Shown: in pieces, positions 8,380 through 16,827 of the stretch
Numbering within the stretch: position 1 is the stretch's first letter
Layout of the letters: each line of letters begins with the position of its first letter
Assembly: GCA_038063915.1 (NCBI GenBank)
Contig: JBBTUE010000001.1
Coordinates: 107,905 to 171,904, forward strand
DNA from: Patescibacteria group bacterium
Lineage (GTDB): Bacteria > Patescibacteriota > Minisyncoccia > Phycocordibacterales > UBA9973
Length of the DNA stretch: 64,000 nucleotides
Direction of reading: 5' to 3'
The notes under the pieces: generated by a model
The model's input: only the letters and a program-made list of their open reading frames with translations
What the model was told of the DNA's origin: nothing
The model's database searches: none
Program-made: the position numbers and the translations under genes

Positions 8380-10320
8380 ATGTACGTTACTAAAAGATCA
8401 ACTCATAACCCTATACTCATTCCTAATCGAGATCACTATTGGGAGGCGTTCGCGACTTTTAATATGTGCCCGATAAAGAAAGGTAAAACAACTTATGGAT
8501 TATATCGGGCTATTTCGGCAGTAGACCACATGGCTATCCAACAGCAAGTATCTACTATTGGTATAGGCAAAAGTAAGGACGGCGTTCATTTCGAAGAACG
8601 TAAACCATTTATAACACCGACCGAAGAATGGGAGGCACATGGTTGCGAAGATCCTAGAGTAACGTACTTCGAAGGAAAGTATTATATATTTTATACAGCG
8701 TTATCGAGGTATCCATTTGGGCCGGAGGGGATCAAAGTTGCCGTAGCTGTGTCAAAAGATTTAAAGAATGTCGACGAACGTCACTTCGTCACACCATTTA
8801 ATGCAAAAGCCATGACGCTCTTCCAAGAACGTATCAATGGTAAGATCACTGTTATATTTTCTGCCCATACAGATAGTCCTCCAGCAAAAGTATGCATTGC
8901 GCAATTTGATAATATCGAGCAACTTTGGGATCTGGATTTCTGGGAAGAATGGGTTAAAGATATCGACAAATATGCTGTAGATTTCCGTCGTAACCCATAC
9001 GACCACTTAGAAATTGGTGCACCTCCATTACTTACGAAATACGGTTGGCTTCTAATATATTCACATATTCAAAATTACTTTCAATCCCCAGAGAGGCTCG
9101 ATCGCATTTTTGGCATAGAAGCACTCTTGCTTGATATCAGCGATCCAACAAAAATTTTAGGCAGGACAAAAGGACCGATATTAGCACCAGAAGAGTCGTA
9201 CGAGATGTCAGGCTATGTAGGGAATGTTGTCTTTCCAACTGGTGCACTTATAGAGAAAGATACACTAACTATTTACTACGGTGCTGCCGATACTACCACT
9301 TGCTCTGCACATTTGAATTTAACCGACCTGATTTCCACCATGGCAGATCTAACTTCAAATGATTGGAAGTTCAAGCGTGCACCTACTAACCCTATAATAT
9401 CTCCTAGAGAAGAGTTTAAATGGGAATCCAAGGCAACTTTTAATCCAGCGGCAATTTATCTCGGCGGTCAAACACACATTTTGTATCGAGCGCTGTCAGA
9501 CGATAATACTTCGTCTATCGGCTATGCAACAACAAAGGACGGTATTAATGTAGTTGATCGTTTAGATGCCCCAGTTTATGTGCCTCGTGAAGATTTCGAA
9601 TTAAAAAAAATTGGCGGTGGTAACTCTGGGTGTGAAGATCCACGACTGACCAAGATAGGTAAGAATATTTATATTTGTTATACATCTTATGATAGTATTG
9701 GGCCACCGCACGTAGCCATATCTTCGATATCTGAGAAAGATTTTATGGCTCACAGGTGGAATTGGGATAAACCAATTCTAATAACACCAGCCGGCTTCGA
9801 CGATAAAGATGCTTGTCTGTTCCCAAAGAAGTTTAAAGAAGGTTACTTCATCATTCATCGTGTCGGCAACGACATATGTGGTGATTATCTAAAGTCGCTT
9901 GATTTCAAGAAAGATACTGTAAGTAAGTGCATACGAATATTGAGTCCACGCTCAAATTTATGGGATAGTGCTAAAGTTGGAGTAACTGCTCCACCAATTA
10001 AAACAAAGTATGGATGGTTAATGCTCTATCATGGTGTATCGAAAAGCCATGGGACCTATCGTGTGGGGGTGGTGTTACTTGACCTAAAAGATCCTGGCAT
10101 AGTTCTTGCTCGCGCTACAGATGCTATATTTGAACCAGAAGAATTATATGAAAAAATAGGCGTTGTGAGCAACGTCGTTTTCCCTTGTGGTATGGTTATA
10201 AAAGATGACACAATATATATATACTATGGTGGTGCAGATAAGGTTGTCGGAGTAGCTACTATGAAGCTATCTATTATCATCGATGCGCTAGTTCACGGAG
10301 TAAAATTCAACTATAAATAA
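8380..10320 (+). CDS. Tandem two-domain GH130-like protein
   Basis: Two complete sets of ATFN / GCEDPR / NVVFP.G / YYG.AD motifs. Confidence 0.88.
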   Translation: MYVTKRSTHNPILIPNRDHYWEAFATFNMCPIKKGKTTYGLYRAISAVDHMAIQQQVSTIGIGKSKDGVHFEERKPFITPTEEWEAHGCEDPRVTYFEGKYYIFYTALSRYPFGPEGIKVAVAVSKDLKNVDERHFVTPFNAKAMTLFQERINGKITVIFSAHTDSPPAKVCIAQFDNIEQLWDLDFWEEWVKDIDKYAVDFRRNPYDHLEIGAPPLLTKYGWLLIYSHIQNYFQSPERLDRIFGIEALLLDISDPTKILGRTKGPILAPEESYEMSGYVGNVVFPTGALIEKDTLTIYYGAADTTTCSAHLNLTDLISTMADLTSNDWKFKRAPTNPIISPREEFKWESKATFNPAAIYLGGQTHILYRALSDDNTSSIGYATTKDGINVVDRLDAPVYVPREDFELKKIGGGNSGCEDPRLTKIGKNIYICYTSYDSIGPPHVAISSISEKDFMAHRWNWDKPILITPAGFDDKDACLFPKKFKEGYFIIHRVGNDICGDYLKSLDFKKDTVSKCIRILSPRSNLWDSAKVGVTAPPIKTKYGWLMLYHGVSKSHGTYRVGVVLLDLKDPGIVLARATDAIFEPEELYEKIGVVSNVVFPCGMVIKDDTIYIYYGGADKVVGVATMKLSIIIDALVHGVKFNYK

Positions 10321-10322
10321 AA

Positions 10323-11249
10323 TTACGCAAGGGCCATAGGTGTTGCCATTTTTGATTTGAAAAAGAAGTAACTAATGATTAGGAATGTAACTACAGGAGA
10401 GACAAGAGCAGGTATATGAACTCCAAATCCGTCGGCGACCATAATGATACCAAGTGCAAATATTGAATACATTGCACCATTTTTCAAGTACATATATTTT
10501 TTAATTCTCTCAATATTTCCAATTGTAAGTTTACGAAGTACGAATGCACCTATACCATTACCAATAAGTATAAGGGGGATAGAAAGTGTGAATGCAAATG
10601 CTCCAAGCACTCCATCGATAGAGAATGTTGCATCTATTATTTCAAGATATAAGATCTTGGACATATCACTCATATTACTTTTACCTTCAACAAGTTCTCG
10701 TTCTACCTTCTCGGCGTTCTCTTTAAATCCATGAGTAATGAAAAATGCAGTAGATCCTATAACAGCACCAAAAGCAAGCATAGGGCTTATTTTCATCGCA
10801 TGCCATACTATTGCTGCAAGTATTACAGATACTGTAGCAAAGAACCACACCCCGTGTTTCTGAAAGAATTTTTCTCCAAAGAGCCCAAAGTTCTTTTTTT
10901 CAAGAAATAACCAATGGAAGAATAAGAATATTAAGAAAATTCCACCACCCATAAGTAGAACTGGAGCAGCAGATTCTATGGCTTTATAAACCGCAGGGTC
11001 ATTGGAGAATGTAGCTGTAAGAGCTCCAATAGGGCCTATTCCTGGAGTTGCTCCCCATATAATGGCCCAAGGTAGTAATCCGCGTACGAGAAATACAGCG
11101 ATGAAGAAGCCCCATAGTAAGAACCATCGACGAGCTTTTTTACCCATCGTTCCTAGGACTTCTGCATTTATTACTGCATTATCGATGCTAGAAACAATCT
11201 CAAAAAGGCATAGCCCCAGGACTGTAACTATCATTGTTCCAATTTCCAT
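10323..11249 (-). CDS. DUF475 (TerC-like) membrane protein
   Basis: FEIVSSIDNAVINA, YLEIIDATFSIDGVLGAFAFT, YLKNGAMYSI. Confidence 0.88.
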   Translation of the reverse strand: MEIGTMIVTVLGLCLFEIVSSIDNAVINAEVLGTMGKKARRWFLLWGFFIAVFLVRGLLPWAIIWGATPGIGPIGALTATFSNDPAVYKAIESAAPVLLMGGGIFLIFLFFHWLFLEKKNFGLFGEKFFQKHGVWFFATVSVILAAIVWHAMKISPMLAFGAVIGSTAFFITHGFKENAEKVERELVEGKSNMSDMSKILYLEIIDATFSIDGVLGAFAFTLSIPLILIGNGIGAFVLRKLTIGNIERIKKYMYLKNGAMYSIFALGIIMVADGFGVHIPALVSPVVTFLIISYFFFKSKMATPMALA

Positions 11250-11273
11250 AGGGTTAGTATACTATATGTATAT
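11250..11273. promoter_or_regulatory. Putative bidirectional -10 element between divergent genes
   Basis: Palindrome TAGTATACTA (11255-11264) gives TATACT on both strands within a 24-bp gap. Confidence 0.5.
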
Positions 11274-13058
11274 ATGAATACAGAAGCCCGCCAGTGTCAG
11301 AACTGCAAAAACTCCTTTAATATTGAGCCGGATGACTTTTCGTTCTACGAGAAAATGAAGGTTCCACCACCGACTTTTTGCCCAATGTGCCGTACGCAGA
11401 GGCGTTGGGCTTTTCGGAATGAACGTGGGCTCTATAAAAGAAAGTGTGATTTCAGCGGCAAAGATATATTTTCAATGTACTCACCCGATTCTCCTGTGAA
11501 AGTTTATGATAGAGATATTTGGATATCAGATGCATGGGATCCAATTGACTACGGTCGCGATATTGATTGGTCAAAACCATTTTTATCTCAGCTTTACGAA
11601 CTTATGCTCGAAGTACCATTTAAGTCAAATAATGTTATACGTGGCGTTAATAGTGATTACTCTAACAATGCGACTGATCCAAAGAACTGTTATCTTGTTT
11701 TCAACACAACTGTTCCTGAAGACTGCATGTATTCAAATGGACTTAATTATTCTAGGGAATGCGTGGATGTTTCTCATGTATCAAAATGCGAAAGCTGCTA
11801 TCAGAGCTTCTGGTTAGGGTCATGTTATCGATCACATTATTGTTCGCAGTGTGTAGATTCTAGTGATTTGTGGTTTTGTAAGGATTGTCAGGGTTGTATG
11901 AACTGTTTCGGATCAGTGAACCTTAGAAATAAAAATTACCATTTCTTCAATGAGCCACTTTCAAAAGAAGATTATGAGGAAAAAGTAAAAGAGTATAAAC
12001 TACATACTAAAAATGGTATAGAAAAAGCCCTAGAAGAGACACGTAAGTTTTGGAAAAAGTTTCCCAACAAGAATCACCAAGGCATCAAGAATCTTGACTG
12101 CACTGGATCGTACGTTAGTAATTCAAAAAACGTAAAAGATTCATTCCTTGTTCGTGAGAGTGAAAATATGCGCTACTGTCAATATATACAAGAGACCCCT
12201 GGATCAAAGGACTGTTATGACTATTCTAACTGGGGCTGCGGGGCAGAACTCGTGTATGAGTCTATTTCTTGTGGCAATGGAGTTCAGAACCTAAAATTTA
12301 CATGGCTGACTCAAGAGAGTACCCATGATGCCGAGTATACTATTGCATGCTTTGGATCAAGCTACTTATTTGGTTGCGTTGGGATTCGCAAGAAAGAATA
12401 CTGCATACTAAACAAGCAATACACAAAAGATGAGTATCTGGATCTTATTGAAAAAATAAAGAAACACATGAATGATCTGCCTTATACTGATAAGAATGGA
12501 AATATTTACAGGTACGGGGAGTTCTTGCCTGCAGAAATGAGTCCATGGGCTTACAATGAAACAATTGCTCAAGAGTATTTTCCTTTAACAAAAGAAGAAG
12601 CCATTGCAAAAGGTTATAGATGGCGTGACCCGGATGTAAAAGACTATAAACCTACTTTACTTATAGAAAACGTTCCTACTGATATTACCAATGCAGATGA
12701 TTCTATCACGAAAGAAATAATTGAATGTGCCCACAGAGGGGAATGCAATCAGGGTTGTACAAAAGCCTTTCGTATAATTGCTGACGAATTCGCTTTCTAT
12801 AAAAAGATAGGAGTACCTCTGCCGATACTTTGCCCTGCCTGTCGTACTATGGAAAGACTAAAATTAAGACTCGGAGTTGAATTATATGATGGTACATGTA
12901 TGTGCGGTGGGGTAGAATCTAAAGATGGAATTTATAAAAATCAAGTTACACACCCACATAGCGATGCACAATGCCATAATAATTTTAAAACTGGATTTAA
13001 GCCAGGCAGAGGCGATGTAGTTTACTGTGAATCTTGTTATCAACAAGAAGTGGATTAG
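11274..13058 (+). CDS. Cys-rich protein, paralog 1 (CPR-type, unknown function)
   Basis: CQNCK..F.IEPDD, PTFCPMCR, YCILNKQY, C-terminal YCESCYQQEV. Confidence 0.85.
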   Translation: MNTEARQCQNCKNSFNIEPDDFSFYEKMKVPPPTFCPMCRTQRRWAFRNERGLYKRKCDFSGKDIFSMYSPDSPVKVYDRDIWISDAWDPIDYGRDIDWSKPFLSQLYELMLEVPFKSNNVIRGVNSDYSNNATDPKNCYLVFNTTVPEDCMYSNGLNYSRECVDVSHVSKCESCYQSFWLGSCYRSHYCSQCVDSSDLWFCKDCQGCMNCFGSVNLRNKNYHFFNEPLSKEDYEEKVKEYKLHTKNGIEKALEETRKFWKKFPNKNHQGIKNLDCTGSYVSNSKNVKDSFLVRESENMRYCQYIQETPGSKDCYDYSNWGCGAELVYESISCGNGVQNLKFTWLTQESTHDAEYTIACFGSSYLFGCVGIRKKEYCILNKQYTKDEYLDLIEKIKKHMNDLPYTDKNGNIYRYGEFLPAEMSPWAYNETIAQEYFPLTKEEAIAKGYRWRDPDVKDYKPTLLIENVPTDITNADDSITKEIIECAHRGECNQGCTKAFRIIADEFAFYKKIGVPLPILCPACRTMERLKLRLGVELYDGTCMCGGVESKDGIYKNQVTHPHSDAQCHNNFKTGFKPGRGDVVYCESCYQQEVD

Positions 13059-13061
13059 TTT

Positions 13062-14750
13062 ATGGAAACAAAGACTTGTGTCAAATGCAAAAATAGTTTC
13101 ATTATTGAACCAGAAGATAAGGACTTATATTCTCGGCTTGGTGTACCGATTACGAATAAATGCTTTGAGTGTCGGAAGCAACATCTCTATGCATTCCGAA
13201 ATGAAAGAAAGTTGTACAGACGCAATTGTGATCTATGTAGTAAAAGTACAGTCACTATATATTCTAAAGACAAACCCTTCAAAGTCTATTGCCCACCTTG
13301 TTTTTGGAGTGATAATTGGGATGCCAAGGATTACGCACAAGAGTTTGATTTCAGTAAACCATTCTTTGAACAATTTAGAGAATTACAACTAAAGGCTCCT
13401 CGCATGGCTCTTCTTACTAAAAATAGTGTTAATTCAGAATATACTAACCACTCAGGAGAGAATAAAAACTGCTATCTATCTTTTGCTACATTTGCCTCAG
13501 AGAATGTTCTTCATTCGTCTGATATTTGGAATAGGGGACAAGATATTATGGACTGCGCTATGATTACCGATTCGGCGACACTTTGTTATGAATGTGTTGA
13601 CTGTGAGAAGATAAACAGTTGCCAGTTCTGCTTGTTAGTCAAAGAATCAAACAATTGTTCCTATTCTTATGACCTGAAGAATTGCAACGACTGCTTCTTA
13701 TGCTACAACCTAAGGAATAAAAGTTTCTGCATTCTCAATAAACAATATACTCGAGAGCAATATCAAGAAGAGATCAAGAAATACGATCTCGCATCTAGAT
13801 CATCTAGGAAGCTCCTATGGGAGGCCTTTATTGATATGATGACTAATTTTGCAGTTCATAAGGCGTATATTATAGAAAAATCTAGTAATTGCACTGGCAA
13901 TATGCTCTATAATTCTAAGAATACAAAATATTACTTTGATGCCGAAGACGTGGAAGATTGTAGATATTCAGTTCAATGCCCTAATATGAAAGACTCTATA
14001 GATAACTATCACGTCGGCTTGCCAGTCACCCAATATGTTTATAGTAGCCACGGAGTTATTCGTTCGACAAACATTACTTGCTGTCATCTTAGTTACGACA
14101 ATACATATATTTCATATTGTGATAGTTGTCAGAATAGTAATAATTTATTTGGATGTGTTTCGATTAAGAAGGGTTCGTATTGTATTTTGAATAAGCAGTA
14201 CTCGAAAGAAGAATATGAAGAGTTAGTGCCTAAAATAAAAGAACATATGAAAAGTACTGGAGAGTGGGGCTCATTCTTTCCGATCAGTATCTCCCCAGTC
14301 TGTTACAATGAAACTCTTGCGCAGATACACATGCCACTTTCAAAAGACGAAGCACTCTCTCAAGGATTCACTTGGCAAGATGATTTAGAAGGTATATATG
14401 GAAAAGAAACTATAAAAGAAATACCCGACCTTATTAGTGATGTCGACGAGTCTATGGTAAAAGAAGTTTTAAAATGTTCAAACTGTAGTAAAAATTATAA
14501 TATAATCCAAGCAGAACTAGAACTTTACCAAAGAATGAAAATTCCAGTTCCCGATCAATGCCCCGACTGTCGCTACATCAGCAGGATATCTTTGCGATTA
14601 CCATATAAACTCTGGAGTAGGTCATGTATGTGTGATAAATCAAATCACGGACACCAAGGTAAATGTCCGAGTGAGTTTGAAACAAGTTACGCACCAGAGC
14701 GACCAGAGATTATATATTGTGAACAGTGTTATCAACAAGAGGTAATTTAG
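13062..14750 (+). CDS. Cys-rich protein, paralog 2
   Basis: Same motif set; ends FETSYAPERPEIIYCEQCYQQEVI. Confidence 0.85.
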   Translation: METKTCVKCKNSFIIEPEDKDLYSRLGVPITNKCFECRKQHLYAFRNERKLYRRNCDLCSKSTVTIYSKDKPFKVYCPPCFWSDNWDAKDYAQEFDFSKPFFEQFRELQLKAPRMALLTKNSVNSEYTNHSGENKNCYLSFATFASENVLHSSDIWNRGQDIMDCAMITDSATLCYECVDCEKINSCQFCLLVKESNNCSYSYDLKNCNDCFLCYNLRNKSFCILNKQYTREQYQEEIKKYDLASRSSRKLLWEAFIDMMTNFAVHKAYIIEKSSNCTGNMLYNSKNTKYYFDAEDVEDCRYSVQCPNMKDSIDNYHVGLPVTQYVYSSHGVIRSTNITCCHLSYDNTYISYCDSCQNSNNLFGCVSIKKGSYCILNKQYSKEEYEELVPKIKEHMKSTGEWGSFFPISISPVCYNETLAQIHMPLSKDEALSQGFTWQDDLEGIYGKETIKEIPDLISDVDESMVKEVLKCSNCSKNYNIIQAELELYQRMKIPVPDQCPDCRYISRISLRLPYKLWSRSCMCDKSNHGHQGKCPSEFETSYAPERPEIIYCEQCYQQEVI

Positions 14751-14788
14751 CTACTTTAGTTAAGTAAAGTGGGGTAGAAAAAGTAAAA

Positions 14789-16543
14789 ATGGAAGACAAA
14801 AACGAAAAAAGAATATGTCAAAATTGTAAACAAGATTTTACTATCGAGCCGGACGATTTTTCATTCTATGAAAAAATGAAGGTCCCAGCGCCTACTTTTT
14901 GTCCAGAATGTCGATTTGTTCGACGTCTTAACTCAAGAAATGAACGCTCACTTTTTAAGACTATATGTGGCCTATGTAATAAAAGTACAATAACTATGTA
15001 TAATCCAGTTGCTGGGTATATTGTATATTGCTCATCGTGTTACCAGAGTGATGCATGGGATCCCTTATCTTATGGTAAAGAATATGATTTCTCTAGACCT
15101 TTTTTTGAACAATATAGGGATTTATTGCAAATAGTACCCAAGAGGGCTGTTCATGGGATTAACCCTGGTAGAAATACAGAATATTCGAACTATATTTTCA
15201 ATTCTACCGATGTGTTTCTTGCGTATTCAGTAGTGAGATCGGAAGGAATTTATCATAGTCGAGGAGTAGATATATCAAAACAATGTATTGATTGTACTAA
15301 TATTAAAGAGTGTGAATCTTGTTATCAGATAGTTCAGGGAACAAGAAATTATGGTTCAAAATTCTTGGTTGATTCTAGAGACTGCATTGATTCTCAATAT
15401 TTATATGACTGCGCGAATTGTTCTAGTTGCTTTATGTCGTCTAACCTCAGAAATAAACAGTATGTCTATAAAGGCGAGCAACTAACAAAAGAAGTATATC
15501 AAGAAGCAATAAAAAAATATAACATTGGTTCTTTTAAAGTAAAGACTCAATTGATGGCTGAGTTTAAAGAACTTATTGAAAACAAAACAATACATCGCTT
15601 TGCCAGAATTTTTAAATCAGTAGATTCAACTGGTGATTATATTGAAAATTCAAAAAGTGTTAAAAAATCATTTGAAGTTTTTGAAGCTGAGAACGCTAAG
15701 TATGGTTGGAGGTTAACAGATGGACCTACTGATATGTATGACGTAGCTGGTTCAGGTAAAAGTGAGTTATTATACGAAGCAGTTGGAGCCGCCTGGGGTT
15801 CAAGAAATTCATCATTCTTTATCGTAGGAAATGCGACAATTGATTCAAGTTATTGTGATTACTGTCTCAATGTCTCAAATATTTTTGGATCTGTAAGTTT
15901 AAGAAATGTTCAGTATGTAATTTTAAATAAACAATATACAAAAGAGGAGTATGAGATACTTATACCGAAAATCATCGAACATATGAAAACTATGCCCTAT
16001 ATAGATCAAAAAGAGAGAATATATAGTTATGGTGAATTCTTCCCTCAAATATGTGTTGCACACGCATACAATGAAAGTTTAGCTCAAGAATATTTTCCAT
16101 TGTCTAAAGAGGAAGTTATTAGTAGAGGGTACTTATGGAGAGATCCTGAGATAAAGAATAATCAATCAACTATTGCGGTACAAGGAATACCTGACTCTAT
16201 AGAGGATATTCCTGACGACTTTATAAAGGAAGCCATAGAATGTATGCATAATAGTGTTGCTTGTGATCATCAGTGTACAAAAGCATTTAGGTTAAATTCT
16301 GACGAATTAGTTTACTTAAAAAAATGGAATCTACCAATACCACGATTATGTCCAAATTGTAGACACTGCGAGCGATTAGATTTTAGAACTCCTGCAAAGC
16401 TCTGGCATAGGTCCTGTATGTGCGACCTGAAGGGGCATTTTCATGGGGATGGGCATTGTGAGGTGGAATTTGAGACGAGTTATGCGCCCGAGCGGCCTGA
16501 AAAGGTCTACTGCGAGCGATGCTACCAAGCAGAAGTACTATAA
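14789..16543 (+). CDS. Cys-rich protein, paralog 3
   Basis: Same motif set; ends FETSYAPERPEKVYCERCYQAEVL. Confidence 0.85.
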   Translation: MEDKNEKRICQNCKQDFTIEPDDFSFYEKMKVPAPTFCPECRFVRRLNSRNERSLFKTICGLCNKSTITMYNPVAGYIVYCSSCYQSDAWDPLSYGKEYDFSRPFFEQYRDLLQIVPKRAVHGINPGRNTEYSNYIFNSTDVFLAYSVVRSEGIYHSRGVDISKQCIDCTNIKECESCYQIVQGTRNYGSKFLVDSRDCIDSQYLYDCANCSSCFMSSNLRNKQYVYKGEQLTKEVYQEAIKKYNIGSFKVKTQLMAEFKELIENKTIHRFARIFKSVDSTGDYIENSKSVKKSFEVFEAENAKYGWRLTDGPTDMYDVAGSGKSELLYEAVGAAWGSRNSSFFIVGNATIDSSYCDYCLNVSNIFGSVSLRNVQYVILNKQYTKEEYEILIPKIIEHMKTMPYIDQKERIYSYGEFFPQICVAHAYNESLAQEYFPLSKEEVISRGYLWRDPEIKNNQSTIAVQGIPDSIEDIPDDFIKEAIECMHNSVACDHQCTKAFRLNSDELVYLKKWNLPIPRLCPNCRHCERLDFRTPAKLWHRSCMCDLKGHFHGDGHCEVEFETSYAPERPEKVYCERCYQAEVL

Positions 16544-16580
16544 TAATTAAAAGTTACGAATTACTAATTAAGAATAAGGC

Positions 16581-16620
16581 AAAAATCACACAAAAATTTA
16601 CGAATTTTTGTGTGATTTTT
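16581..16620. terminator. Perfect 18-bp hairpin, probable terminator after the Cys-rich array
   Basis: AAAAATCACACAAAAATT-TACG-AATTTTTGTGTGATTTTT. Confidence 0.7.
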
Positions 16621-16827
16621 AATATCGAATTTTTTGTCAATTTTTGTCCCAAAATACCCTCTAGTAGAACGACCTTTTAGAATTTTTTGCTTTGGGTGTT
16701 GACGAAGTTGCGAGCTTAAGACATAGTTGTGGATTTGTCTGTTATGCACTTGTGGCAAATCTTCTTATGAGAGTATAATGTGTACCCGAGCAAAATGGAG
16801 CCACATTATTAACTAAAATTTACAAAC

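Noticed and set aside
11274-16543. Cys-rich paralogs as targets of a diversity-generating retroelement
   Set aside because: No reverse transcriptase and no near-identical template/variable repeat pair differing only at adenines was seen
16715-16760. Possible NrdR or DnaA boxes upstream of nrdJ (TGTGGATTT, TTATGCACT, TGTGGCAAA)
   Set aside because: Poor match to the NrdR palindrome, and each has two mismatches to TTATCCACA; too weak to call
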